Assembly: GCA_913056225.1 (NCBI GenBank)
Contig: CAJXMQ010000001.1
Location: 1 to 44,669 of the forward strand
Source of the DNA: an uncultured Micrococcales bacterium
GTDB lineage: Bacteria; Actinomycetota; Actinomycetes; Actinomycetales; Microbacteriaceae
Reading direction: 5' to 3'
DNA: 44,669 nt
Under the pieces are notes generated by a model. The model saw only the letters and a program-made list of their open reading frames with translations, did not search any database and was not told the origin of the DNA. The first letter of the stretch is position 1. Each line of letters starts with the position of its first letter. A program made the position numbers and the translations under genes. This document shows positions 1 through 10,270 of this stretch, in pieces.

Positions 1-157
1 CGTGCTCTTGGTAGTGCTTTTCCAGTAGATCCTTCGAGGGGCTAAAAAGTTTCAAATCCTCAACCACGTACCCTTTTGCCTCGCACCTTCCTAAGATCTC
101 GCCAATGAGATTTCTTTTCACGCCGTCAGGTTTGATCAAAACAAGTGTTGACTGCAT
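1..157 (-). CDS. ndk: Nucleoside diphosphate kinase, N-terminal 52 codons (runs off the left edge of the window)
   Basis: My reverse-strand translation from ATG (complement of 155-157) gives MQSTLVLIKPDGVKRNLIGEILGRCEAKGYVVEDLKLFSPSKDLLEKHYQEH. This is the classic NDK N-terminus (LIKPDGV...IGEI). It is not in the ORF track because it is truncated. Confidence 0.9.
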   Translation of the reverse strand, partial: MQSTLVLIKPDGVKRNLIGEILGRCEAKGYVVEDLKLFSPSKDLLEKHYQEH

Positions 158-158
158 A

Positions 159-527
159 TCAGCTCTCTCCCTCTTCCATTTTCCTCATGTAATTTTCTCG
201 AGCCTTGTCTACTGTTCTTCCAGCAATCATCATCCAAATCCATAGGCCCGCAAATAAAGCACCGACAAAGAACATGCCCCAGATCCAAAATCCGCTAACG
301 ATCAATAGCACCTGCAACAAGGAGCCAAAAATGTACCCACCGGGCTTGCCCAAAATAGCTGGTGAGACGATCATGATCAAGGAAATGGTGAGCCCGATTC
401 CCCACACCCATTCAGCGGGAGCAAGCTCTAAACCAAAGGCCACAAGCGTTGCAAAAAACACCACAAATGCCTCAAAAACTAAAAGAATGCTGCCCAGCGT
501 CCTCTGAGTTGATCTAGTCCTCTTCAA
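159..527 (-). CDS. Small polytopic membrane protein, DUF4233-like, in the conserved folC-ndk position of actinobacteria
   Basis: 122 aa with 3-4 hydrophobic helices. It is wedged between folC and ndk, overlapping the folC stop by 14 nt and ending 1 nt before the ndk start. Confidence 0.7.
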   Translation of the reverse strand: MKRTRSTQRTLGSILLVFEAFVVFFATLVAFGLELAPAEWVWGIGLTISLIMIVSPAILGKPGGYIFGSLLQVLLIVSGFWIWGMFFVGALFAGLWIWMMIAGRTVDKARENYMRKMEEGES

Positions 528-1851
528 TCTCGGCCTCCAAGCGCTGTTTTTCTAGAATCTCTCCCAGCAGCAAAACGCTCCCGGTCACCACCACTGGTAG
601 TTGCTGCTCCAAGGCTATATCGGTTGCATACTCCAGCGCTAATTCTGAGCCCTCAACAACCTGTGAGTCCAAACCGAGTTTTTCAGCCAGCTGCAAAATC
701 TGCTGCGGGTCAGCAGCTCTCTCCGTCTGAGCGGAGGTGACAATAAGCTTCGTGACCTTGGGGGCGAGGATTTCCAACATCTTTGGATAGTCCTTATCTT
801 CCATCGTTGCTAGCACGAGAACGCACGAATCAATTTCGAAGTATTCGTCAAGACTCTCAACCAGTGCACGGGAGCCGGCGGGATTATGGGCCGCATCCAG
901 AATTGTCAGTGGTTCTTTTTGGAAAACCTGCATCCTTGCAGGCGATGTCGCATCGGCTAGCGCACTGTGCAGAATGGGCTCAGGTATTGGCTGAGTTCCA
1001 CCACCTAGAAATGCCTCACAGGCCGCAACAGCTAACACCGCATTTGAAAGTTGATATTTGCCAATCAGCGGCAAAAACAAGTTTTGGTAACCAAGTTGAC
1101 TGGTTTCAAAAGAGAACCTGTAGCCACCGTTTTCAGGTTTTGCGGAAACAACTTTGAAATCAACCCCCTCGAGCAAAAACTTTTGATCCTGCAACAATTT
1201 CTGCCTCAATTGGAATTCAGCTTCTTGGCTCTGAGCAGCACTCACCACAATCGAATCAGTTTTGATGATTCCAGATTTGGTCTTGGCAACCTCACTGACG
1301 GTTCTTCCAAGTTGCTTGCCGTGATCGAGATCAATCTGGGAGAACACCGCCACTTCAGACTCGACCACGTTGGTGGCATCCCATTCACCACCCATGCCAA
1401 CTTCGATAATCGCCACGTCAACAGGAGTGTCTGCAAAGGCTTGAAATGCCAACAGCGTGACAGCTTCAAAAAAAGTAATCGCGGGCTTTCCCATTTCTGC
1501 CAACTTGACATCGGCTATTTCCAAGATTGGCCGAATCTGCTCCCAGTGCTCAGCGAACATCTCTTTTTCAATGGGTTCACCATCGAGAGAGATTCGCTCT
1601 GTGATGTCAATCAGGTGTGGTGAGGTGAATCGTCCAGTCCTTAGCCCGTGCTCCCGAAGAATTCGTTCAATGATTCTCGCTGTTGAGGTTTTTCCATTAG
1701 TCCCAGTGATGTGGATCACCGGAAACGCTTTTTGAGGATCTCCCAGGAGTTCAGCTGCCAACTGGACTGGATATAAATCGGGAGTCGGCTTAGCTTCACC
1801 TATTCGAGCCATTATCTGCTGGTAAGCAGCATCAAACGCCGCTTCAGGCAA
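514..1851 (-). CDS. folC: Folylpolyglutamate synthase / dihydrofolate synthase
   Basis: 445 aa with the Mur-ligase-type P-loop HITGTNGKTS and FolC-like N- and C-terminal domains. TTG start overlaps the ileS stop by 8 nt. Confidence 0.9.
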   Translation of the reverse strand: MPEAAFDAAYQQIMARIGEAKPTPDLYPVQLAAELLGDPQKAFPVIHITGTNGKTSTARIIERILREHGLRTGRFTSPHLIDITERISLDGEPIEKEMFAEHWEQIRPILEIADVKLAEMGKPAITFFEAVTLLAFQAFADTPVDVAIIEVGMGGEWDATNVVESEVAVFSQIDLDHGKQLGRTVSEVAKTKSGIIKTDSIVVSAAQSQEAEFQLRQKLLQDQKFLLEGVDFKVVSAKPENGGYRFSFETSQLGYQNLFLPLIGKYQLSNAVLAVAACEAFLGGGTQPIPEPILHSALADATSPARMQVFQKEPLTILDAAHNPAGSRALVESLDEYFEIDSCVLVLATMEDKDYPKMLEILAPKVTKLIVTSAQTERAADPQQILQLAEKLGLDSQVVEGSELALEYATDIALEQQLPVVVTGSVLLLGEILEKQRLEAEIEED

Positions 1852-4800
1852 GTTTTTCTAACCTAATGCTCATTTTTTGACCATCTCCAATTTCCAAATC
1901 ACCTTGTTCCTCATTGGCTATCTGCAAGTTTTTAGCCAAAGTCTCGCGCATGATTAGGTCCTCGTGCGGCTTGAGGGATTTTGATCCCGACTCAGATAGG
2001 CCAAGAGTCAAATCGATGCGATCAGACACCTCCAGACCTGAATCTTTTCTCGCCTGCTGGATGTGTCTAATCGCATCCCTTGCCATGCCCTCTGCCAACA
2101 ACTGTTCATCAAGCTCAGTGTCGAGAATCAAAAACCCTCCGGGCAGAATTCCGATTGCAGAGTTTTCATTGCCACCTGCCAACTGCAGACTGTATTCCTC
2201 CGGAAGCAATTCGATGCCACCTGCGGTTACTTTTCCGTCTAGCTCTGACCAATCCCCCTGCTTGCTGGCAGCAATCACCTGCTGCACCTGAGAGCCAATT
2301 CTTGGACCCAAAGCTCTTGAGTTGACATTCAATTGCTTCACCAGGCCAAATCGCTTTGCGGTTTCCTCACTCATGTTCACCAGTTCCACATTCTTCAGAT
2401 TCAGCTCTTCTTGAATCAGGTCAACAAAAGGTTGAATCCCCTCGACGTTGTGGCTTGCGATTACAGCTGAACGGAGAGGCAACCTGACTCGGAGTCCTGC
2501 TTGCTTCCGAAGTGAAAGCCCGACGCTAGCAATGTCTCGAATCTCGTCCATGGAATCGATCAGGTCATCATCTGCCGGATAGTCCTTCGCCTCGGGCCAA
2601 TCGGTGAGGTGAACGCTTTCACCGCTGGTTAGTCCCTGCCAGATTTCCTCAGAAATCATTGGGAGCAATGGTGCAGAAAGCCTTGAGAGGGTTTCTAGGA
2701 CCGTGTAAAGGGTGTCCTGGGCATCTTCATCACCTTCCCAGAATCTATCCCTGGAGCGACGAATGAACCAGTTGGTCAACACCTCGCCGAAGTCTCTAAG
2801 CAAGTTGCTCGCCCGATAGCTGTCAAATTTCTCCATTGCTTCGGTCAAGTCCGTAATCAGCCGGTTCAACTTTCCAAACAGGTATCTATCCAGAATTTGC
2901 TCAGACGCTGTTGAGTAGCTGGCCTGGTAGTTATTGGCATTGGCATACAGGGTGAAAAAGTAATAGCTGTTCCACAGTGGCAACATGAACTGCCTTACTG
3001 CCTCCCGAATGCCCTGCTCAGAAACGGATAGGTTTCCACCGCGCAAAATGGTCGAACTCATCAAAAACCAACGCATGGCATCTGAGCCATCACGTTCAAA
3101 GACTTCTTGAACGTCTGGATAGTTTCTGAGCGACTTGCTCATCTTTTGTCCATCGTCACCCAAAACAATTCCGTGACTCACGGCATTTTTGAATGCGGGC
3201 CTATCGAATAGTGCCGTTGACAAAACATGCAGGGTGTAAAACCAACCACGAGTTTGCCCCACGTATTCAACTATGAAGTCACCTGGGAAATGAGTTTCAA
3301 ACCAATCGGTGTTTTCAAATGGATAGTGAACCTGGGCGAAAGGCATAGAGCCCGATTCAAACCAGCAGTCCAAAACCTCGGGCACTCTGCGCATGGTTGA
3401 CTTGCCAGTTGGGTCGTCCGGGTTTGGCCTAGTTAGTTCATCTATCTCAGGTCGGTGGAAGTCGCTAGGGGCCGCTCCAAAGTCTCGCTCCAGCTCTTCC
3501 AGTGAGCCGTAAACGTCAATTCTTGGATAGTTCGGGTCATCTGATTTCCAAACAGGAATCGGCGCTCCCCAAAATCTGTTGCGGCTAATCGCCCAGTCAC
3601 GAACATTTTCTAGCCACTTTCCAAAAGATCCCTCTTTGGTGTGTTCCGGAACCCAGTTGATTTCTTGGTTCAACTCCAGCATTCGATCCCTCAGCTTGGT
3701 TGTCTCAACAAACCAGCTAGAAACAGCTTTATAAATCAAAGGGTTTTTGCATCGGTAGCAGTGGGGATAGGGGTGGTCGTAACTTGCCTGTCTGAACAGA
3801 GACCCCTGGTCTTTTAGTTTTTGAGTGATGGGTTTATTTGCATCAAAGACATGCATGCCCTCGAAGTCAGTAATCAAGGAATTAAACTCACCACGTTCAT
3901 TCACGCTCACGTAAGTCGGAATACCCGCCTCATTACATAACGCTTGGTCATCTTCACCGTAGGCAGGGGCCTGATGAACAATTCCTGTTCCCTCGTCAGC
4001 ACTCACATATTCACCAGTTAGCACCTGCCATGCATTCTCGGTTTCAAAACCATCTGTGTAGTAGTCAAAAATTGGCTTGTAGCGAAGTCCCGCCAGATCT
4101 GAACCCAGCACTGTTTTCAAAACAGTTAGCTCATCCGAAGACTCAACCCCAAATTCCTTTAGATACTGATCCTTGAGACTTGTTGCAATTAGATACTGCT
4201 TTCCACCAGCCTCAATTAGGGAGTATTCGATTTCTGGACCAACCGCCAATGCGAAGTTTGTGGGCAGGGTCCAGGGTGTAGTGGTCCAAGCCAAAAGCAA
4301 TACGTCCTTGAAATCACCATCTGTTGTGACTGGGAAGGTGACGGTGACCGCTTGATCTTGACGATTTCTGTAGACCTCATCGTCCATTCTTAGTTCGTGA
4401 TTGCTGAGAGGTGTCTCACAACGCCAGCAATATGCGAGGACTTTGAAACCTTCATAGACCAGACCCTTGTTATGCAATTCCTTGAACGCCCACAAAACAC
4501 TCTCCGTGTAGTTTTTGTCCAGGGTTTTGTAGTCATTATCAAAATCAACCCAGCGAGCCTGGCGAGTTACATAGCTTCGCCAGTCTTCGGTGTATTTCAA
4601 GACAGAGGTTTTACAAAATTCATTAAATTTCTTGACACCATAGTTTTCAATTTCTGGTCTGCCACTAATTCCAAGAAGTCGCTCTGCCTCAACTTCTGCG
4701 GGCAAGCCGTGTGTGTCCCAGCCAAAACGACGATCTACCTTTTTTCCGAGCATGGTTTGAAACCTGGGCACGAAGTCTTTTACATAGCCGGTTAGCAGGT

Positions 4801-4999
4801 GCCCGTAGTGCGGAAGGCCATTTGCAAATGGAGGTCCGTCATAAAAAACAAACTCCTCTGCCTCTTGCTCAGAACGCTGGTCAATCGAGCGCTGGAAGGT
4901 TCCGTTTTTCTCCCAGTAGTCCAAAATTCTTTGCTCAATGTTTGGAAAAGAGGGGCTTGCATCGATGCCGGATTTTTGCTGATTGTTCCTCGGGTACAT
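1844..4999 (-). CDS. ileS: Isoleucyl-tRNA synthetase, long type-2 (actinobacterial/eukaryote-like) form
   Basis: 1051 aa with the class Ia HIGH variant PHYGHLL and KMSKS (GQKMSKSLRN), an editing-domain insertion and a typical IleRS N-terminus (FPNIEQRILDYW). Confidence 0.95.
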   Translation of the reverse strand: MYPRNNQQKSGIDASPSFPNIEQRILDYWEKNGTFQRSIDQRSEQEAEEFVFYDGPPFANGLPHYGHLLTGYVKDFVPRFQTMLGKKVDRRFGWDTHGLPAEVEAERLLGISGRPEIENYGVKKFNEFCKTSVLKYTEDWRSYVTRQARWVDFDNDYKTLDKNYTESVLWAFKELHNKGLVYEGFKVLAYCWRCETPLSNHELRMDDEVYRNRQDQAVTVTFPVTTDGDFKDVLLLAWTTTPWTLPTNFALAVGPEIEYSLIEAGGKQYLIATSLKDQYLKEFGVESSDELTVLKTVLGSDLAGLRYKPIFDYYTDGFETENAWQVLTGEYVSADEGTGIVHQAPAYGEDDQALCNEAGIPTYVSVNERGEFNSLITDFEGMHVFDANKPITQKLKDQGSLFRQASYDHPYPHCYRCKNPLIYKAVSSWFVETTKLRDRMLELNQEINWVPEHTKEGSFGKWLENVRDWAISRNRFWGAPIPVWKSDDPNYPRIDVYGSLEELERDFGAAPSDFHRPEIDELTRPNPDDPTGKSTMRRVPEVLDCWFESGSMPFAQVHYPFENTDWFETHFPGDFIVEYVGQTRGWFYTLHVLSTALFDRPAFKNAVSHGIVLGDDGQKMSKSLRNYPDVQEVFERDGSDAMRWFLMSSTILRGGNLSVSEQGIREAVRQFMLPLWNSYYFFTLYANANNYQASYSTASEQILDRYLFGKLNRLITDLTEAMEKFDSYRASNLLRDFGEVLTNWFIRRSRDRFWEGDEDAQDTLYTVLETLSRLSAPLLPMISEEIWQGLTSGESVHLTDWPEAKDYPADDDLIDSMDEIRDIASVGLSLRKQAGLRVRLPLRSAVIASHNVEGIQPFVDLIQEELNLKNVELVNMSEETAKRFGLVKQLNVNSRALGPRIGSQVQQVIAASKQGDWSELDGKVTAGGIELLPEEYSLQLAGGNENSAIGILPGGFLILDTELDEQLLAEGMARDAIRHIQQARKDSGLEVSDRIDLTLGLSESGSKSLKPHEDLIMRETLAKNLQIANEEQGDLEIGDGQKMSIRLEKLA

Positions 5000-5064
5000 T
5001 TGCTCTTTCTAAATCTGCCAAAATAACACTGTTAATCTTAGAGAACCTTTGAAAGGGAGATCTC

Positions 5065-7635
5065 TTGTCATCAGTCAAGCCTAATCCGCTAAACCCCGCC
5101 AGCACACCAGAAAAAGCAGCTCTGGAGGGATTGGAACAAAAATGGAGCGATGCCTGGGAAAACCAGCAAACCTATCGGTTTGACATCGATGCCCAAAAAG
5201 AAGAGATCTATTCGATTGACACTCCCCCGCCAACTGCCTCAGGAAGCCTGCACGTAGGTCACGTTTTTAGCTACACCCACACCGACATCATTGCCAGGCA
5301 CCGCAGGATGCTGGGTAAGAAAGTGTTTTACCCAATGGGTTGGGATGACAATGGACTACCAACCGAAAGAAGAGTTCAGAACTATTACGGGGTTCGCTGC
5401 GAACCAACTTTGGGATATGAAAATGATTTCACGCCTCCAATCACTGGAGGAAGCAACAAAAGTTCCCGTCCACAAGACCAGTTGCCAATCAGTCGCAGAA
5501 ACTTCATCGAACTCTGCGAATCGCTGACCGAAGAAGATGAGCAAACATTTGAAACCCTGTGGCGCAACTTGGGACTAAGTGTTGATTGGACGCAGAGCTA
5601 TCGAACAATTTCAGACAGCTCCCAAGCCACCAGCCAGCTAGCTTTTTTGAATAATCTAAAGCGCGGCGAGGCCTATATTTCCATGGCTCCCACGCTTTGG
5701 GATATCACCTTTAGAACTGCGGTGGCCCAAGCGGAGCTAGAGGATAGAGAACAGCCAAGTGCTTATCACCAGCTGGCTTTTGAAGGCCCCGAGGGTGAGA
5801 TCTTAATTGACACCACCAGACCAGAATTGCTTCCAGCATGTGTTGCTCTGGTGGCTCACCCAGATGACGAGCGCTATCAACACTTGTTTGGTCAGACCTG
5901 CAAAACACCTTTGTTTGATGTTGAGGTGCCAATTGTTGCCCACCGACTAGCGCAGCCTGACAAAGGCACCGGTATTGCAATGATTTGTACATTCGGTGAT
6001 CTGAATGACGTGATTTGGTGGCGCGAGCTCAACCTTCCTAACCGCGCAATCATTGGCTTTGACGGGCGTATTCAAACAACCGCACCCGAGGGTATTGAAG
6101 CTGACCAAGCACTTGCCCACTACCAAGAACTGGCTGGCAAAACCGTATTCTCAGCAAAACAGCGCATCGTTGAGTTGTTGCAAGAATCAGGTTCGCTGAT
6201 TGGCGAAATCAGGCCGATTAATCACCAGGTCAAATTTTTTGAAAAAGGCGATAAGCCGCTGGAGATTGTCTCCACCCGCCAGTGGTATATCAAAAACGGC
6301 GGGCGTGATGAGGACCTGAAAAACAGCCTGCTGGAGCTTGGCAAGACAATCAATTTCCACCCTGATTTCATGACTGTAAGACTTGCTGATTGGATCAATG
6401 GACTAAATGGTGACTGGCTAATCTCAAGGCAGAGATTCTTTGGAGTGCCGATTCCTGTTTGGTACCCAATCAATGAACATGGTGAGACCGACTACCAAAA
6501 CCCAATCACCCCCGATCAATCGCAACTTCCTGTTGACCCATCATCAGACTGCCCAATCGGGTTTGATGAGAGTCAACGAGGTCAGCCTGGCGGGTTTGAG
6601 GGCGAAAAAGACATCATGGACACCTGGGCCACCTCCTCGCTAACACCTCAGTTGGCAGCGGGATGGCTTGATAATCCAGAAATGTTTGAAAAGATTTTCC
6701 CTTATGACCTGAGGCCACAGGGACAGGACATAATTCGAACCTGGTTGTTCTCCACCCTGGTTCGTTCCCAACTTGAGCACGATCAGCTGCCCTGGAAAAA
6801 TGCGGCCATCTCAGGTTGGATTTTGGACCCTGACCGCAAAAAAATGTCAAAGAGCAAGGGAAATGTAGTGGTTCCCGATCAACTACTCAAAGACCATGGC
6901 TCGGATGGGGTTCGCTACTGGGCGGCAAGCGCGAGACTGGGAACGGACACCGCCTTTGACGAGGGTCAGATGAAGATTGGCCGTCGCCTTGCTCTGAAGC
7001 TATTGAACGCTGGCAAGTTTGCACTTAACTTTGAACTTCCCGAAGAAGCTTCCAGTCCGACCGAGGCTATTGACAGGGCAGTTTTGGCGGAACTGGCTGA
7101 TGTAGTTGAAAAAGCCAGCAGAGCCCTTGATGGTTACGACCACACCAAGGCCTTGGAGCTGATTGAGAGCTACTTCTGGACCTTTACCGATGACTATTTG
7201 GAAAGCGTTAAAGATCGCGCCTATGCGGGCAAAGAAGACGCCAGAGCATCTGCAGTTGTGACTTTGCGCATTGCACTTGCCGTCATGAATCGACTGCTTG
7301 CACCATTCATCCCATTCGCAGCTGAAGAAATGTGGAGCTGGTGGCAACAGGGGTCTGTTCACCAAGCGCCCTGGCCAACCACAGAAGAGCTGAAGTTTGG
7401 CGGGAACCCCGAACACCTTCGTGTTTTGACGAAATCGCTGGCTGTAATCAGAAAGACTAAATCAGATCAAAAGCTTTCCATGAAAGCTGAGATTGAATCT
7501 GCTGAACTGGCAGTGGATTCTAAAGATACTGAGTTTGCGAATGACTTATTGGCCGATTTGAAGCTAGTTGGTCGCATCAAAGAACTAAGAATCATTGATG
7601 GTGACTACGAACTGAAATCAGTTGTGTTTAGCTAG
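5065..7635 (+). CDS. valS: Valyl-tRNA synthetase
   Basis: 856 aa with HIGH ([10 protein letters not shown]) and KMSKS (KKMSKSKGN) motifs and the ValRS-like signature [11 protein letters not shown] start preceded by GGGAG. Confidence 0.93.
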   Translation: MSSVKPNPLNPASTPEKAALEGLEQKWSDAWENQQTYRFDIDAQKEEIYSIDTPPPTASGSLHVGHVFSYTHTDIIARHRRMLGKKVFYPMGWDDNGLPTERRVQNYYGVRCEPTLGYENDFTPPITGGSNKSSRPQDQLPISRRNFIELCESLTEEDEQTFETLWRNLGLSVDWTQSYRTISDSSQATSQLAFLNNLKRGEAYISMAPTLWDITFRTAVAQAELEDREQPSAYHQLAFEGPEGEILIDTTRPELLPACVALVAHPDDERYQHLFGQTCKTPLFDVEVPIVAHRLAQPDKGTGIAMICTFGDLNDVIWWRELNLPNRAIIGFDGRIQTTAPEGIEADQALAHYQELAGKTVFSAKQRIVELLQESGSLIGEIRPINHQVKFFEKGDKPLEIVSTRQWYIKNGGRDEDLKNSLLELGKTINFHPDFMTVRLADWINGLNGDWLISRQRFFGVPIPVWYPINEHGETDYQNPITPDQSQLPVDPSSDCPIGFDESQRGQPGGFEGEKDIMDTWATSSLTPQLAAGWLDNPEMFEKIFPYDLRPQGQDIIRTWLFSTLVRSQLEHDQLPWKNAAISGWILDPDRKKMSKSKGNVVVPDQLLKDHGSDGVRYWAASARLGTDTAFDEGQMKIGRRLALKLLNAGKFALNFELPEEASSPTEAIDRAVLAELADVVEKASRALDGYDHTKALELIESYFWTFTDDYLESVKDRAYAGKEDARASAVVTLRIALAVMNRLLAPFIPFAAEEMWSWWQQGSVHQAPWPTTEELKFGGNPEHLRVLTKSLAVIRKTKSDQKLSMKAEIESAELAVDSKDTEFANDLLADLKLVGRIKELRIIDGDYELKSVVFS

Positions 7636-8899
7636 CTGATTTCTTTTTCTCGGGGAACGGAACAACCTCGGGTATAGAGCCGTTTACCACGGACTCATCA
7701 ATGATCACCTTGCCCTGGCTTGCCATGGAAGGAAGCTCGAACATCAGCGGAGACAGTGTCTCTTCCAAGATGGCCCTGAGCCCGCGAGCACCCGTTTCCC
7801 TTTGAATCGCCCTGTCGGCAATCAGCTCGAGAGCCTGTGGGGTGAATTCGAGCTCAAACCCATCAAGCTCAAACATCTTTTCATATTGCTTGGTTAGTGA
7901 GTTTTTAGGTTCGCTCAAAATCGAAATGAGTGCGTCCTTACCAAGTTGGTTGACCGTGGTAACCACCGGCAAACGTCCAATAAATTCAGGAATTAGCCCA
8001 AATTTGCGAAGGTCTTCAGGTTGAACCTGATTGAAAATCTCGGCCTCGTCAGTTTTTTCCTTCAGCGGAGAATTGAAACCTATTCCTTTTTTACCAACTC
8101 GCTCGCCGACAATGGAATCTAGACCCGCAAAGGCGCCAGCCACAATGAACAACACATTTTTAGTGTCCAGCGAGATGAATTCTTGCTGAGGGTGCTTGCG
8201 CCCGCCCTGGGGAGGAACGGATGCGACTGACCCTTCCAAGATCTTCAAAAGAGCCTGTTGAACTCCCTCACCCGATACATCCCGAGTGATTGATGGGTTT
8301 TCGCTTTTTTTGGATATCTTGTCAATCTCATCGATGTAAATAATGCCCATCTCTGCTTTTTTGACATCAAAATCAGCGGCCTGCAAAAGCTTCAGCAAGA
8401 TGTTTTCAACATCCTCGCCGACGTAACCAGCTTCGGTCAATGCGGTGGCATCGGCCACTGCAAAAGGCACATCTAGCATCTTTGCTAGCGTTTGAGCGAG
8501 ATAGGTCTTTCCGCAACCGGTTGGTCCCATCATCAAAATGTTCGATTTTGCTATCTCTACATCATCATTATTTTTGCCCGAGCGACTTAGAGTTCCACCG
8601 GCACGAACTCGCTTGTAATGGTTATAGACAGCGACCGAGAGAGAAATCTTTGCCTGATCTTGACCGATGACGTATTCGTCCAAAAACTGCTTGATTTCAC
8701 GAGGCTTTGGAAGTTCTTCCTGCAAACCTTTTGGCTTTTCGGACTTGCCTAATTCCTCTTCAATGATTTCATTGCATAGCTCGATGCACTCATCGCAGAT
8801 GTAGACGCCGCCGCCGGCTATTAGTTTTCTGACCTGCTTTTGGCTCTTTCCGCAGAAAGAACACTTAAGTAGGTCCGAACTCTCTCCCAAAGTGGTCAT
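7628..8899 (-). CDS. clpX: ATP-dependent Clp protease ATP-binding subunit ClpX
   Basis: 423 aa with an N-terminal zinc finger (CSFCGK...CDEC), Walker A GPTGCGKT and the ClpX-specific IGF-like loop region. Confidence 0.97.
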   Translation of the reverse strand: MTTLGESSDLLKCSFCGKSQKQVRKLIAGGGVYICDECIELCNEIIEEELGKSEKPKGLQEELPKPREIKQFLDEYVIGQDQAKISLSVAVYNHYKRVRAGGTLSRSGKNNDDVEIAKSNILMMGPTGCGKTYLAQTLAKMLDVPFAVADATALTEAGYVGEDVENILLKLLQAADFDVKKAEMGIIYIDEIDKISKKSENPSITRDVSGEGVQQALLKILEGSVASVPPQGGRKHPQQEFISLDTKNVLFIVAGAFAGLDSIVGERVGKKGIGFNSPLKEKTDEAEIFNQVQPEDLRKFGLIPEFIGRLPVVTTVNQLGKDALISILSEPKNSLTKQYEKMFELDGFELEFTPQALELIADRAIQRETGARGLRAILEETLSPLMFELPSMASQGKVIIDESVVNGSIPEVVPFPEKKKSAS

Positions 8900-8955
8900 A
8901 GCTAAACCCTATCCACTGTCAAAGACAACTTGGGTCTAGTTAGCGGAGTTTTGAA

Positions 8956-9612
8956 TTAGCGACCCAATACGGGTTTTCTGCTTGAAAGAACCTGATCGAT
9001 GATTCCGTAGTCCTTGGCCTCTGTGGCGGTAAGAATCTTGTCACGATCAATATCTTTATTAACCTGCTCCAAGCTCTTGCCCGTGTGGTGACTGAGAGTT
9101 TCCTCTAGCCACTCACGCATGCGCATTATTTCCTTCGCCTGAATTTCAATATCACTCGCCTGACCCTGGCCTCCACCACCACTTGCTGGCTGGTGAATAA
9201 GGATTCGAGCATTCGGCAGTGCCAAGCGCTTCCCCGGTGAACCGGCTGCAAGCAAAACCGCAGCGGCTGATGCAGCTTGACCGAGGCAGACAGTCTGAAT
9301 GTTTGGCTTGATGTACTGCATGGTGTCATAGATCGCTGTCAGTGCGGTGAATGAACCACCTGGAGAGTTTATGTACATGGTGATGTCGCGGTCTGGATCT
9401 TGTGACTCCAATACCAACAACTGTGCCATCACGTCATCCGCACTAGCGTCATCCACCTGCACGCCCAAAAACACAATGCGGTCTTCAAACAACTTGGTGT
9501 ACGGGTTGTGGCGCTTCATGCCATAGCTTGTGCGCTCTTCAAACTCTGGAAGAATGTATCTCGACTCTGGAAGAGTTACACGCTCGCCCATTGAATTTTC
9601 TATGTAGCTCAC
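8956..9612 (-). CDS. clpP2: ATP-dependent Clp protease proteolytic subunit 2
   Basis: 218 aa ClpP fold ([18 protein letters not shown]). It is the second of two tandem clpP genes and overlaps the clpP1 stop by 4 nt. Confidence 0.92.
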   Translation of the reverse strand: MSYIENSMGERVTLPESRYILPEFEERTSYGMKRHNPYTKLFEDRIVFLGVQVDDASADDVMAQLLVLESQDPDRDITMYINSPGGSFTALTAIYDTMQYIKPNIQTVCLGQAASAAAVLLAAGSPGKRLALPNARILIHQPASGGGGQGQASDIEIQAKEIMRMREWLEETLSHHTGKSLEQVNKDIDRDKILTATEAKDYGIIDQVLSSRKPVLGR

Positions 9613-10193
9613 TTTTCTCCTCCGACTCCGGTGTTGGTTGTTGCAAATTTCTGAATGTGGTCGATAAAACCGTATTCCAAGGCCTCATCCGCGGTAAACC
9701 ACCTGTCGCGGTCACCGTCTTCCATGATTTGCTCAACGGTTTTGCCAGTCTGCTCCGCAGTAATCGTCGCTAGCTGACGCTTCATTGAGTTAATCAGTTC
9801 CGCCTGGGTTTGAATGTCACTGGCTGTTCCACCAAAGCCACCGAGTGGCTGGTGAAGCAAAACTCTGGTGTTCGGGGTTGCATAGCGCTTCCCCTTGGTG
9901 CCGCTGGAGAGCAAAAATTGCCCCATGGAAGCAGCCATTCCAATGCCGACCGTGACAATGTCATTGGGCACGTACTGCATGGTGTCATAAATGGCCATGC
10001 CGGCTGTGATTGAACCGCCAGGAGAGTTTATGTACAGGTAAATGTCCCGTTCGCTGTCCTCAGCTGCCAGTAGCAACATTTTGGCGGCAATCTCATTGGC
10101 GTTGTCGTCTCTAACATCACTACCCAACCAGATGATGCGGTCTTTCAAAAGACGATCAAACACCGGCTGCGGTGGAGTCATTTGGGCGTTCAT
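9609..10193 (-). CDS. clpP1: ATP-dependent Clp protease proteolytic subunit 1
   Basis: ClpP fold (INSPGGS, GMAASMG, HQP). I place the start at the internal ATG (MNAQMTPP...), which is preceded by AGGAGA. The ORF-track start at 10232 has no SD. Confidence 0.88.
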   Translation of the reverse strand: MNAQMTPPQPVFDRLLKDRIIWLGSDVRDDNANEIAAKMLLLAAEDSERDIYLYINSPGGSITAGMAIYDTMQYVPNDIVTVGIGMAASMGQFLLSSGTKGKRYATPNTRVLLHQPLGGFGGTASDIQTQAELINSMKRQLATITAEQTGKTVEQIMEDGDRDRWFTADEALEYGFIDHIQKFATTNTGVGGEK

Positions 10194-10255
10194 TAATTCT
10201 CCTCGCTGGACTAACTGAATATAGCTAACCAACTTAGAGCGAGGAATTCTCCCCT

Positions 10256-10269
10256 GTTCGCTTGTGGCG
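10256..10269. promoter_or_regulatory. ClgR-type operator candidate upstream of clpP1P2
   Basis: GTTCGC-TTGTG-GCG matches the GTTCGC-N5-GCG / CGC-N5-GCG motif that I recall for actinobacterial ClgR. It lies 63-76 nt upstream of the clpP1 ATG. A TATATT -10-like hexamer (complement of 10218-10223) lies between them. Confidence 0.45.
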
Positions 10270-10270
10270 T

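Noticed and set aside
5000-5064. Possible T-box riboswitch for ileS or valS.
   Set aside because: Only 65 bp lie between the two start codons, and I saw no specifier-loop or T-box (AANNNGGGTGGTACCGCG-like) sequence.
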